From NCBI RefSeq assembly GCF_963676685.1, contig NC_092345.1, forward strand, positions 52,514,001-52,578,000: a stretch of DNA of 64,000 bases. Direction: 5' to 3'. How positions within the stretch are numbered: position 1 is the stretch's first letter; each line of letters starts with the position of its first letter. Origin of the DNA: Mytilus edulis (taxonomy: Eukaryota). The position numbers and the translations under genes are program-made. Of the stretch, positions 34,251 to 49,400 are shown piece by piece. Under the pieces are notes generated by a model, which worked only from the letters and a program-made list of their open reading frames with translations, did no database searches and had not been told where the DNA came from.

Positions 34251-37200
34251 ATGGGAATATATTTTTACATTCTAATTTATGTTGGATGTTTATCTATTCT
34301 TCCTAATAGGATAGGTAAGTATAAATATACAAATTGCATATGTTAGATACCACAGTCCAAATGAATAAGGAATATGACACATCAAATCTCTTAATTTTTT
34401 ATTTTTTTTTTATTTATATGAATGGTGTGTATCATTCAAGGTTAATTAACAAATGGTGTATGAAAAAAGATAATATATATTTGTCTCGAGCATGTAAAAA
34501 AATATAAAGATAAGATGATGCGGTATAATTGCCATGAGACAACTCTCCAAGAGAGACCGAATGACGTATTAGTTTAATATAACAACTATAGGTTATCAGA
34601 CTGTTTTAGAAATAGTACTGAATCCCTTTACTATTCTTTAGGTTTTTTGACATACTAAGCCCAACAAAAAAGCAAAACACTTTGATGAAAAGGTGGTTAT
34701 ATAGTATGTGATAGACAAGATGACGAAAGTGGGCAACACAAAGGTTCCTAGTATGTTTCTCATTCTAAAAATAAAAAAGAAATAGTGAGAGGCGTTCCTT
34801 AGCTTGGTACGAAACATGTTTAGGGTAGCGTTTTAAGTGCCAGCAAAACACAGTTAAGACAAGACAGATACTGAGTGTGTTTAAGTCGCACCCATTTTTA
34901 CAAAAAAATAAAATAAACATCATACTAAAAGTATGAGTTACATCAAGAGCCATTTGAAGATAGTTATGAGAAACAATGAGAAACCAAAGTCAGTTATTAC
35001 CCCTGATAAGAATTCCAGGTGGCAGCACACTATAATACGGTCCTAGAGATTCTCTACTGATAAACAAATTATAAGAAAATTAAATATAGATATAAACAAT
35101 GCCATCAACTTGCTGTTGTGTTCCAAATTGTTCCAATAGAGGAGGTCATGTTTTTCCAAAAAATGAAAAAATAAAGAAGAAATGGATCAAAAAGTTCTTC
35201 TACTGACTTGTTTTGCTTTATACTTCAGAAGAATCATGTTATAAATAATACGTTTATTACGACAAAACATTCTACGTGTATTACAAATATCACACCGAAG
35301 CAGAGTTATTTCAAACGATGATTTAAAAAAATTTCTATAACTTATGCACTACTATATGTTACAAAACTTCTCTAAAATGAATCGTCAAAATAATTAGATT
35401 GAAGCTTTTTAATCATGAATTTAATTATATATGTAGATGGAGATTGTACGTTCCCATCATATATGACAGGAACTTGGTATGACAACAAGTTTTTAGAGGT
35501 GGAATTTTCCAGTTCTTTGGTAATGTATTTCAACCAATATTCCATTACTCGATCAGGATCAACATCAAACTTTACATGTTATTTGAATAGCGGAGACAGA
35601 TATATTGTCAAGTAAGAAAGTATTCAGTGTAATTTCGTAGTGATTTGGACTTACAATATAAGTTTTCTGTAGTTCTTTGGAAAAATCTGTTTGTTAACAT
35701 ATTCAGAAGCAACATATATGTGACTGTTAATTCAAAGTCAATTCAAATTTAAAACTGCATTGTCACTTAAATCATTAGGTATATATGACAAAATAAATAA
35801 TACATAGCATACCAAACAAGAAAGAATGCAATGTATAATGAAACGAACTTTAAATACAGTGATATAGTCCATATTTAAATTACTAAACTAGACCCTAACC
35901 TTTGATCTCAGCGGTCAGATTTGAGAATTTCATGATAAAATTCTATAAAATTTAAATGTTAATGCTAATCTTATCTAAGTATTTTTACAATCAAAATAGA
36001 ATTATATGGCAATTTTGTCATTCCACATATATGGGGGGGGGGGGGGGAGGCAATATATCATATTATAATATGTTACTATTATATGATAAATATGTGCAAC
36101 AGCACTACATAAGAACAAACTTAATATCAACACAAACGGCTTAAGTCACCAGATCCAATACAAAGCACACACAAAAAAAACCAATAAACTACAGCATTAG
36201 TTCTGCGTTCAATGAAATGCGTTGGTGTCAAAGCCGTGTATGCGAGATATTTAGAATTTGATGAAATTTGTTTTAATACTCTGTGAGGTTTTTTTCAACA
36301 GGAGCCTTCACATCTTTCAACGAATACAAATAATGTTGGAGAATTGGATACATTTATCTCAGTGTACTGTAGAATCGGACACATCATTACACAAACAAAT
36401 ATTAAGCTTATGCTCTCAATCTGAACATTAAAAGCACGTCGTATTCATAATTTCGGGGGTTAGAACCAATAAAAGTTTTTAACACATGACATGGGCAAAA
36501 TCTCTTTGTTCTTACTGTACTATAATCTGGATAATGCACAGCAAAGGTGTGCATTAACTACCTCAGATATACTGCACAGTTCAAATCTATTTTTACCTTT
36601 AGGGGCGGTTCCTAGATGTTGACAGGGGCGTTATTCTATCAAATTAAAAAAATATATCACCGAGTGTAGCGAGACTAAAACAATATTGACGATTTTAAGG
36701 CAAAACACGATACTTTGTTCAATCCTAGGGTGAACGACATGTTCGTCCCCACCCCCGAATCCGACTTCTGCCTTGAAATTGCGACAAAATTTAACTTTGT
36801 ACAAACATCGTAGTTTCAAAATAGGAAAAAAGAAAGGTTTCTCATTCCTTTTTTTTCATCTTAGCTTGAACATAAAATTTTTATTATATTTTGCGTACAA
36901 CATAAATCTTAAATCAGTGTTTTAAAGTCAGAAAGAGAGTTAAAACAATGTTTGGTCATTTCCGCCAAAAAAGAAATGTATCTAAGAATATCCGAATAAA
37001 AGAAATCTGATTCGGATTAGTTTTAGACTCAATGGAATTTAATATAACGACTTTTTCAATATCTATTCCCCATATTTTTGGATCGAATTTAAAGGGGTCA
37101 TATTTAAGTTTGTTTTAAAACAAGGAGATTAGCTGGAGATCAATCAGACTTCATTTAGATGGACGTGTCTTAAAAATTAATACAGTAGATACAAAGAAAT

Positions 37201-40200
37201 TTGGGGGAGGGGGAGGAAAAGATTGGAAAGAGAAACGTATTTTCTGTTTATTCAACATTTAAAATTTAGGTAATATAACATCTTCCTCGGTTTATCTTTC
37301 TCTATAAAGCACATCATTGATGGAAAGATATTCAAAAGCAATTAATCTAAACTCAATAACCCTTTCATTTATGATTTTTTTTCATACAACGATTTGAAGG
37401 TACTCAAATTGTCAAAGTCTTAATCGTCACTTATTAAATAAAAAAAATGGGAATAGATTAAACAGAAACATTAAGAAAAAATCTACCATTAAATCGCAAT
37501 TTTACAAAAAGTCTAAACCCCAAAAAAGTTGTCAATTTAAAACTCACCAATGAAAGTCGTATTTCCCCCTTTCTTAGGATCCGTGGATTGCGGAAAATCG
37601 TCCACATCTAAAACGTTCACGTAAATTAATGACGTCATGTGTTAAAACAGTTATTGGCCAATCAAATCGGTATATAGAATTTAATCTGCACGCGCTCAGG
37701 ATGACCCTTTAACCCGAACTCCTACGTCGTTCGGGTTAATAAGGGTCACCTGAGCTGTGCAGATTAAATTCTATATACCGACTTGCTTGGTCAATAACTA
37801 TAACATATGCAAGGCGATAAATATTATAACTATTATGAACATATTTCATTTTGCATTGATATATTAAAAAGCCTGTTTTGCATCCATAAATACAAGTATA
37901 CCACTTTGTTTAAAATCACAACTCCTTCTTACTTAAAAATTAAAAACATGTTAAAGGGTAGATAATAGTCGTTCGATTAGGTTATTATATTGATATGTTG
38001 ATTCCTATTTGCTTTGTCCACAGAACAACTGAAACAGTAGTGGCAAGCCTATCAGGAGGTACAGGGAACTACTACTATTACTTATGTATGGCAATAACCC
38101 AGATAACATCACATTCATTTTATTACTACATCCAAGCAGGTATGTATGTATAAACGCCCTTCATTTCCCAATACCACTGAATTGTTTTGATGATTTTTAA
38201 ATATTTTTTAAGAAAATTTAGTATGATTATCAATATATGGTTGAAATAATTGTGTCTAAACCATGCAAATTTTAATATATTTGTCAACAATTTTATCGAC
38301 TGTATCCTGCATTTAAACACTTCTCATGCTCTACTTACAATTAAAATATTTTTGAGTCATTGGCGATTTTTGTTTGTAGCACATTTCCATCGTATTAAGT
38401 AGGTTCTTGCAAGGATTTTGATAAACAAACTGAGTCTGTCTTTCAAAACAAAACTATGTTTGAAAGCAGAACACGATGACTCTCCTTCATATCTCCACTG
38501 AGCAAAAAAGCAGATATAAAACCATCTTACTATTTAATATGTATAGGCATTAAGAACCAAATTGCAGGAAAATAATGCACACTAGTTAGATAAAATTATC
38601 TTTTACAGATGTAGATACTAATGGAGAAAGGACGATAGCCAAGCTAAGTTCGGAAACACCAGGTGTAAACGACATATGTACAACAACTACAGTGCCAACA
38701 GAAATTTTTCAAGTTATGGTTCATAAAGGTATAAAGTATTCATCTTTTCGATTTTCATATTTTCAGCCATCTTTGAGTATGACTTTTGTGCTCAAAATAT
38801 TCCTTCATTAGATATGATTTAAATCGTGATATTTTACCTCAATTAATTTGTGTAATGCTGATTTTTTTGTTTGACAAGATTTATTTTTATTTTTGACTTA
38901 TTACTAGTCACTAAATTGATAACACTTAGTGAATTTTGTGCATCAAAAGTTTAAATTGAAAATCCAAATGGGGAATGAATCAAAGAGACAAAAACCCGAT
39001 CAAAGAGCAATCAACAGCCGAAAACGGGCATCAGCTGGCTCTTAAACAAATGTTTGTAATAGTTTATACGCCATACTTACCGGTATGCCTTGTTTTAAGT
39101 ATTATATCTCTAAACTAGTTTATATTAACTATATACAACACTAACGATATTCATACAGAAATCTACACTAATTCGTAATTCTAACTTGGAAATCATCCAT
39201 AATAAACTTCTTTTAGATTATACAAGTAGTGCGGTGCAACAGTGTGCCACTCCTTTCCTTGGTAATTTCAAGTTCACGTTCGAAGATACGTTAGGCGATA
39301 CAAGTACAGGAAACATTACGGCATGTGATACTCTCAATACAGCCAACATATCATATGCAACAGGAGCATCAAACGAGCTTAAAGTAGCTTTTTCTGGTAA
39401 GTATGATTATTCAAATCACTAAAGACATTACCTGTTTCAGCGATTAAACCAAACATGTATTGCTGAATAGCTTTATCAAGTTCTGATATGTTTTTATATT
39501 GCTTATTTTTTTAACAAATAAGCCTTTGTTATGAGATCTTTGGTGGATCCTTTCGTTTCTCATTGTTCTTAAAATAAATTGAAAGGCAGTTTAACCGCAC
39601 GTCAGTTCTTTCCGTTGTACGACCAGCCTCTATTATTTTGACCTCTAGCTAGTTCATACACAAACAAAGCCGATACAATGAACACTATTTCTGTAGGTTC
39701 AGCGATATTACTAGTATTTCGGTTTGATAGAACGATCAAATATTAACAAAGTGTTGACAAATAATGGCCAATCTTCAGCTACAAACTCATATTTATGAAA
39801 TATTATGATGTAAACAATATCACACCTTTAGCGAATCACAATTTAACAAAAAGACTAAGTAAATATTTTTTGGATTCGTTGATGTTACATTGTCTCACAA
39901 TTGAATCCATTTGACGGAAGTATTTGGTCTTTTCAAGATAGAAATTTAATTTTCAAATTAAAAGAGGAAAGAGGGCGGTCAATTCAACCGTTTTTAACAA
40001 AACAGATACATGTATATTTATATTCATACGCTAAAGGTACAGTGAAACAGACAATAAATGAAGTACCTTTTAAAAATATAACTAACGCCAATTCCACAGA
40101 CATAAGTTTTTATTATATACTTAGTAGTAAATACAGATAAATTGTATGTGTAATACAATCATTGGCAAGCGTGCTGTATCAGCCACCCGTGATGATATCA

Positions 40201-43038
40201 ATATCAGCACGGTTGCAAAAGCTTTATCACACCTTTAATATGTATGACGTCACGTCATCGATTGCAGTCACTGTTGCAAAGGCTTTATCAAATACCTAAT
40301 CTGTATGACGTCATGTCAAACCTATAATATGTATGACGTCATTTCAAACCTCCTTATCTGTATGACGTCATGTTACATAAAAAAACATCTACATGAGGTA
40401 TACGTATATAATAAAGTGTATATGATATGGCTTTTTCAATATCACACACCATATCAACCCTCAACCAATATAATCCCTCGAGCAGAGTTCTTGGGATTAT
40501 ATTGGTGTCTCGGATTGATACGGATGCGATATTGAAAAAGCCATATGATATTCTCTATATATCATTTTCTACGTAATTGTAAGTCTAACCTGTCGCCGTG
40601 CATGAACGTCAGCAATATCACACTGCCGCAGTTTAAATTTGATTGAGCACTCGTTTAGTCGTTCGGCCACAGGTTGTCATATTTGGGCGTTTTTCAATAA
40701 AAACGTATTTTCTTGTCCCAGCCACTTTAAAAAAAATGTGTTTGATCTTTGCAAGTAATTTTTTTGTGCAGTCAGTACATTGAATTAGATTTAACATTTT
40801 TAAGCAAAGAAACAGTTTATTTTTAGAGGGATTGATAGATATTGACTCCTGAATGGTCCAAAAACAACCAAAATGGCATGTCCCTAGACCACCTGTTCAA
40901 CATTCATACTCTAAAATATCGTAAAAAAATGAAGAAATAAATCTTATTTTTACTTTACATAAGTTCTTTAATAATTCAAAAGTATGTTCAGAGACAAAAT
41001 ATTTTAATAAACAGCTTTCAATATAGGATTTTTAATTTCAGAAGGTGTGTCCCTCACAAAATGTCCACTACGAAACGAAGTCATTAAAATTTGCCAATAA
41101 ACAGTTTTATAAAATCAATGTAATTTTTGTTTGCAAGATATATACACATTAGGGTCTTACAAAAGAAGTGATGCTTTTATAACGGCAATTAAATTGTTGA
41201 TAAAAAATATTGAGCACATCAAATGGACCAGAGTGATACCGTATTTTTGTTAATGTCCACTACGAAACGGGTCAAATCTCCTTCAGTATCTGGTTTTAAA
41301 ATTATGAAAAAAATATCAGTGTACAGCTTAATAAATGCTTTGATGAATACAATCAGTCTTGTTACTATTGCAATATAGGGATTGTGGGGGAAAAAAATAA
41401 AACATGCGAATATGTCCCCTACGAAACGGTCCCCTACGAAACAAGTACGGGAGAAAAACGTTTCGTAGTGGACACTACCACTACCATGCAGTCTTTTTTA
41501 ATCTTTTTTTTCAATTATATTCGTGCTAAACAAATAACAAGGGTTAGTTTCATGCAATTTTTATTATGTTTTTATTAACATATAATAGGGTTGATGTCAA
41601 CTACGAAACTTTTTGTCCACTACGAAACGGTTTTGTCCACTACGAAACGCATCAAAATGTCCACTACGTAACATGAGTTGTACCTTCATATGTGAAGTAC
41701 TGTCTAATCTTTATTGATAAAAATGATTTTCCAATTCAGAAAAAAATGAGATTTTTCTAGTATTTAAAGTAAACAAACTGGAATGTCTAAAAGAAACATT
41801 TAAAATTGCAAAAAATATGTGTGTTTAGAAGAAACTTGTAAATTATGAAAATAATATCATTTTAAAGAATATTTAAGATTGCACTTTTTGTTTACAAACA
41901 GGTCTATAATAGAGGTATTCAAAATAACTCTTGAAATTAAATTTTAGACATGTTGATATTCCATTTTATTTAGGTCTGAAAGTTACGCTTTTATTGAAGT
42001 TCGCCCATTTATGATTTTCAAATATGTCGATTAGTTTTACTATTGTTATTACATGTATATATAAAACATGCAAATTCAAAAGAATCACGTAATTTATTTT
42101 TATTTAATCATTTTCTCCAACATTCAGACAGTAATTATTTTGGATGTGTTGTGAATATAGAATCTGGTTCTACATACTATTCAGCATGGTATAACTTTGA
42201 TTCAAACCCATCCAATGATTTCCACCCTCGATTTGCATGCGTGGTAAGGTTAAAACAGTTATAAAAATACATAGTCTCTTCATTACACTTCTATGCAATA
42301 CTTCAACCATCATAACCAGATAGGAAAGTAAAGTTTAACTTTGTTACATTAAAACAATAGAATGAACAGTTGAATTTACACATTGCGCTTAATTATATAT
42401 CGAAATAATTACATATTCATGATTGAAATCCAATTTTGCGTTAACTTGTGATATCGAGAATTTTGAGGATTTTATTTTCCAGTTTTGTATGATTTATCTC
42501 TCATGACGAGATCATCTTAGCGTGTTTCAAATATATGATTTTAAGCAATAAAGGTATTCCAGATTTTGATAAGCTTACGGGTGTTTTGTAATGTACCAAT
42601 GTTACTCTGCATTAAAAATGAAAAACCACAAAAATTAGCCTGACCTATTTTGCAATGCATTAAAGCAAAAGATACTATGTATGTATGTTAGCCTTGTAAT
42701 GTTTTTTTTTTATTTTTCATATTTACTCAGGTTTAGTTGTAGTAACGACACGTCAATACTAGCAATTTCGAATAAAAAAACTTCCATCAAGAGTCCGCAG
42801 GTTTTTTTTATTTCTTCATTTCAGTGTTGCGATTATCCAAAGAATCAATCTTATAATGAAAATTATTCCATTAGTTTATATAACAAATTAATTCTCGTAG
42901 ACGTAATTTATGGAAAAAAAAAACTTTAATATTCTTTCTTGCGAAACAAACAAAAAAATCACATTCAACTGATTTTGTTAATTGTATATCATTCTAACAT
43001 CAATATTCCAGTTACTGTATTCTATTTAATTTTTCTGT

Positions 43039-43082
<44 letters not shown>

Positions 43083-43404
43083 TAGCACAATATGACAGTA
43101 CAAACGTAACAGCGTCACAGAGAATTCGTATGTGCCATGAAGGTCAGACAGCTACCTCAAAACCATCAGACTCTACCAAATTGTATCCTGAATCAGCAAT
43201 TACATCAGGCGGACTTCTCCATCTAACGCCTTATCGTAAGTAATAAGTAATAGATTTTCTTTTATGATTCATATGTGTTTATAGCAATCCATTGACACAA
43301 CAAAAATACCCACATAAAAATGCTATGTCGGATAATCAGATCAAAACACTGTCTTTGATAATGGTGTAAAATTGTGCTTCAACGATCATGCCAAGGTAAA
43401 TTTA

Positions 43405-43444
<40 letters not shown>

Positions 43445-46400
43445 GTGCTGTATATAATTTCTTGTTGTGTGTTTACAAGTTGTAAAAACTATTTCTAATT
43501 GATTTGATTGATCAGCATCCAATGCAAAATATGTAATCCTTATTCTGGACGATAACAGTAACGAATCAATTCACATGAAAAATTCATAGATATGTACCAA
43601 ACTTCAGTGTTGCCAAACATTTTCTGAATTTCTGAGAAAACTGTCTTTGTGTTTGACTTTAACAGTTACTTTGTCTTGAACCTAACAAGCATATGGCAGT
43701 TTGTTATTCTGCCTTTCCATTATGTAGTTTGTACTATCTGAGGAACAGTCTGTAAAAAAAATTGATTTCAAAATGCCATTTTTGTCATTCGATTCGGACT
43801 TGTGTTAATACTTCAATTTCTCATGTAGAGAGACTGCATAATGCAATAGTTCTTACATTTTCTGAATTTCAATCATTTTTAAATGGAAAAAATAGACCGA
43901 TGAGGATATCACTGCCATGCTGGACTTTTTAATTGACAACATATTTGTTGAATTTGGAGGTTTGGTCTTCCAACAGACTATTGGAATCCAAATGGGTACC
44001 AATTGCGCTCCTCTACTTGCAGATTTGTTTTTTTATTCATATAAAGCAGAATTTATCCAAGGGCTAGTACAGAAAGGAGAAAAGAAATTAGCCCAGTCTT
44101 TTAATTTCTCCTTTCGGTATATTGATCATGTACTGTCTCTAAATAATAATTGATTCAGTGATAACTTACATTTAAAATATCCAAGTGAACTTGAAATTAA
44201 AGATACTACCGACACAGATAAATCTGCTTCATATTTAGTCTTTTTTTCTCGAAATGACTACTGATGGTAGGTGGAATACCAAAATTTATGACAAACGCGC
44301 TGATTTTAATTTTCCTATAGTCAACTTTCCATTTCTGTGTAACAACATCCCAGCGGCACCAGCATATGAGATATATGTGTCTCAATTAATACGTTACTCT
44401 AGAGCTAGCTCAAAGAACGTTGATTTTGTTGAACGAGAAATACTACTTTCTCAAAAGTTGCTAAGACAGGGCTATAAATCAGTAAAAAAAACTCAAGTAA
44501 TTTTACGGTCGCCATCCTGAGCTGATTGGCCATTATGTCAAAAGTGTGTCAGAAATCATATCTGATATTCTTCCTCAGTCATAATTACGTTCCATCATTA
44601 CCGAACTGAACAAAGAAATAACACGATGGGTGCCGTATACGGTGCAGGAAATGCTTACCCTTCCGGGGCACCTGATTTCACTACCGGTTATTAGTGGAGT
44701 TCGTGTTGTTTCTTAATTATTATATATAACTGTTGACGTAAATGTCCTTTGGTTTTGTCAGTCTTTGTTTACTCCTTGGTTTTGATTGTTATTGTCTTTA
44801 AGATCAAGACAAGAAAGTTTGATTGGATTATTTTAATAATGAAAATTAAAGTCAAATGGTGACATGAATAAAGGCAACATTAGTATACTGCTGTTCGAAA
44901 TTCATAAATCGATTGAGAAAAAAAACAAATCAGGGTTACAAACTAAAACTGAGGGAAACACATAAATATAAGAGGAGAAATACGACACAACAGAAACACA
45001 ACATTAAAATGTACATCTTTATAATGTATTTTCTTATAGTATTTATAGCAACGACAATTTTTAATCAAATACAAAAAAAAATCTTTTTAAAAAAAACTAT
45101 TAAATCCATTTCATTCATATTTTGTAACCATAAATCTAACTACTGTTTTTCATATATTGAAATGTAGCCTGGACCTAAAATCAAAGCGATTTTACGTGCT
45201 TTATATTCAGTTATTGACTTGATAAACGTCATGATCTTGTGTGGTTTTGTACAAAGGTTTTCCCTTTTTTTAAATCATGTAGTTATATTTCAGAAAAAAT
45301 TAATTATTTTTCCGATTTACAGTTACTTTTCAATGAGTCAGAGTTTTTACCAAAATCTGTGACATATAAAAATAAGAGGTTGATTACCTTGACACAGCTC
45401 TTGAACAAAGACCAAATGAGACTTGAGACAGGTGCATACAGACTGTGGTGGTGTTAACATTTATAGCGGGTGGAAAACCCTCCTTTAACTAGGACAATGG
45501 TGAAGTTCACTTACTGAACCATGACCTGAGCCACCCATCAATTGAACATTCAAAAGTATTTTTTTTCTTCATATTTCATACTTAATATATAATATATATA
45601 TAATACATAAAATATATGTAGGCACTCAATACATACCATATTTGTATAAAATATATCCAAGGTCAACAAATGTGTCTTTACCTATTACCCTTAGATCTTG
45701 AAGTTTAGTTTTGCTGATACTATATAAGCTATATTTATGCTCATATGTATTTTTAAAATATTGCAAGTAATAATCATAATTCTTTTTTCTCTCTCTTTTG
45801 CAGTGACATGTGGTAAGTAATCTATAGAAGAAAACTATTATGAAGTAGCCATCTGACATGAACTACGTGTACTAGTAGTTGATGTCGAGCAGCGACGGTG
45901 TGTTTAGTAGAAGTCGGTGCGTGTAAACATGGTACGCTAGGCTTTACATCTGCAAATCGGAAGATCTCCGTTCGAGAGTGGTCTTTTTGTAGCCAACTCA
46001 AATAAAAAAACAAAATGGAACACTCCTAGTTTTGATATAGAGCTAGCTTGAAATTAAATTCCTAGCAAAGAAATAGGCTTGTATTGGTATTATAATTTCA
46101 TTGAAAAAGTATAATATTCTCATTCAAATGAAGAAAAACACAAATTCTAGATTTTGTGTAACAACTTCAGGTACTAGTAACTAGATAACAAATATGCAAA
46201 CAACAAATGTCAATCGTTTATACAAATATGATTCAGAACGATAATAACCGTTTAAAACGCTACATGCAGATGGAGTGTTGCATAGCTATGTGTGACACGG
46301 GTTTAATGGTTGGTTGGGTCGAAGCATAGAAAAATACGATGAAGTCAAGCAGGGAAATGGTTTTAATATTACGTTCTTATGGAATTCTAAATTGCATAGA

Positions 46401-49400
46401 TAGTACCACTAACTTTTCAATCAAGCTAGACGTAACTAGTTGCCCTTTTTCGCAAACATTTCTCCACAGTTTTCAAGTCAAAGATTTAAGACTTGGATGC
46501 AACTTTCTGGATAAATTTCATTCCGTGGACCAGATTTCGAATATATTTTATAGAAATTATCTCATGAGATCTCTGTCCGCAATGGTGTCATGTTACGGTA
46601 GAATATTTCTCTGTATGCATTTCTAAAATTAAAAATTCTTCGTAACCTGGAATATGAAAATCAAATGGTAAAGGAATCCAAAAAAAGAATGTATACGTAT
46701 GCTGTATGAGTAATACAAGAACGTCCCAATACAAATTTACAACTGATACGAATACATTTGCCATCTAATAAATGTTGTTGCCTTAAAATGTTAACTATAT
46801 TACAATCTAGAAACAGAAGCAGAAGATAACAAGGAGACAGTCTTAACTGCAACTCGAAGAAACATACTAAATACCATGGCAAGAAATATAACAACAAAAA
46901 TAAAATATTACTCTACAAATATTACACACCAAAATTTAAAGTGGATATTGGGTTCTCCAAGAGAATAATAAGATCCTGCATATCTATCTATATCCGTTGA
47001 CACTTTCGAAGTAATGACCAACTTGCCTTTCTGAACCCCCTGCTCTATAACAGCCTTGTAAGCAGCAAGTATTTTTCGTGAAAATCGCGATAAAATATAG
47101 AAGCTCTGATGGAGATATGTACTCCATTTGAAAGAGCTGCAAGAATGTTGCAAAACAGAAATTGAAATTTCGTGATTAATCGTGATTAAAGGCTGAAACA
47201 TATATGCTGTCCAAGTTAATACCCCGAATAGTCGGTTTTAGTCAAATATGAAGATGAAATAACTGTGGATGCAATATCCTTTAGAAGCAATCAACATACA
47301 GTAGTTAATAAAGGAATAAATATTTAGTGAAATGAAATTGCCCCTATAGTGGTACGTGAAGGTACAAAATAATCCTAGCTACTTTTAATTCTTCTTGAGA
47401 AAATACTGTATATGGACACTAGACACTTTAAAGAGATACATATAGAAAAGTGAGCACAGTGAAAACAGGGTAAAATATGTATTCGAACTGTTTATTATTA
47501 TACTATCACATTTTTCTTTGTTTTTCAAGTTCCCACTACTGATTCTAGTGACTCATCTAATACTGGAGTCATCATTGCTATTGTGGTTATACTGTTACTG
47601 CTTATAATTGCTGTTGTAGCAGGAATCTTGTTCTATAAGTTTTATTATAAACCAAAACAAGATGAAAAGAAGAGACTCATTGAAGGTAAATTAATTAAAC
47701 TAAGATTATGAAATGAAAATTTTCCTCTTTTCATGTTTTCTTTTTCCGAATCCGTCCGCCAGTTATATAGTTCTGTAAAATTAGTACCTTTTAACGTTTT
47801 TTGATAGCATATCTCATGTGGAAATCAAATGGGGAAATCAAAGAAACAAACTTACATTTCGAACGAAAATTATCAAGAAGATTATCGGTTTTTAACGTAC
47901 AAATATAATAATAAATTAAAAACCAATTCTTCAGAGAACAATTGAAGGTCTTTCCACCTCGATAATAAGAATGAAATTTAAAAAAACGATGTTAGAAAAT
48001 GTCACTCCTTGTTGATGTAATTTGATGCTTCAAATTGATATAAAAAAATAAGATTAATAGGTATATGCAGAAGACTTAATTGTTTTATTATGAACAGAAA
48101 ATAATTTTTAGCAGAGGTCAAAATCTAGAACGTCAAATTGACCTTTGACTTTGACCTCAATTTCAAGGTCATAGGTCAGTGATCTCAAATCAAAAGACCC
48201 CAAGTCATTCATCTGTATAGTTGTGGAGTAATACTGATTTCAAATACATAAGGGGAGAAAACCCCCATAAGGGTTAACCAAAACACTTCCACTGAAATAG
48301 GTTGAAGTTGCGCCTTTTTGTAAACAGTAATTTGACAAACAAATCATATCATTAACTGTAACAGTTTCTTTTGAATAACGATAACAAGCAAAATTCAAAA
48401 ATTTATAACATGACATTGACCTTCGACTTTGATCTTAATGTCAGGGTCATAGGTCAGTGAACTCAAAACGGAAGACCGGAGGTCAATCACTTGTGTGGTT
48501 GTGGAGAAATACTGATTTGAAATACATAAGGGGAGAAAACTCCAATAAGGGTTAACAAAAACACTTTGACTGAAATAGGTTGAAGTGCCTTATTGTAAAC
48601 AGTTATTTGGCAAACACATCATATCATTTACTGTCACAGTTTCTGTAGAATAACGATAACAAGCAAAATTTAAAATTTAGAACATGACCTTGACCTTTGA
48701 GCTTGACCTCAATTTCCTTCAAATTGACCAAGGACTTCATATCAAAGGACTGTAGGCCTCTACGACTTATAACGTATGAATTTATCCAACAAATCGCCTA
48801 TCTTAAATTTTCAAAGGGAAATAACCCCCACAAGATGTCTTCTGATTACTCAAGTCAAAATAAACCAAATCATTCTCAAGAGTAGACGAACAATTTGGTA
48901 AAAACAGTTTGCTAAAATCTTTTAGAGATATAGCGATAACAAGAAAAAGGGGACGCCGGGAGATAACTCCTGTAAGAAAAAGTGTTCGGTCACACAGGGT
49001 GAGTTTTGTAACCCCCATTACTGTACAACATCATTAGCCTAAAAATCCATTCGATATGTTGTAAGACAAAAAAGCATCTCAGACGGCAGAAGAAGAAGAA
49101 AAAAATAATCAGAAGAAAAACAAAAGGTCTTTCCACGAAAAGTGGAAAGACCTAAATGTTACCGCCGACACTATGTAAAGCGTTTTTGCTCATCGTACAT
49201 CTTTCGTAGTTTGATATCTATTATTCTTGCCTATCTCTGTAATCAAATTTGATATTTATATAAATTTAAAATTTCTTTCAGAGCAAAAAAAACCTAGGAG
49301 CCATATTGGAATGATGAGGAAAGCAGTGGATTCTGGCATTGGTGGAGGAATTCATAAAGAGAAAGAGAAGATCGATATGATAAATATGGTAGACATAGAT

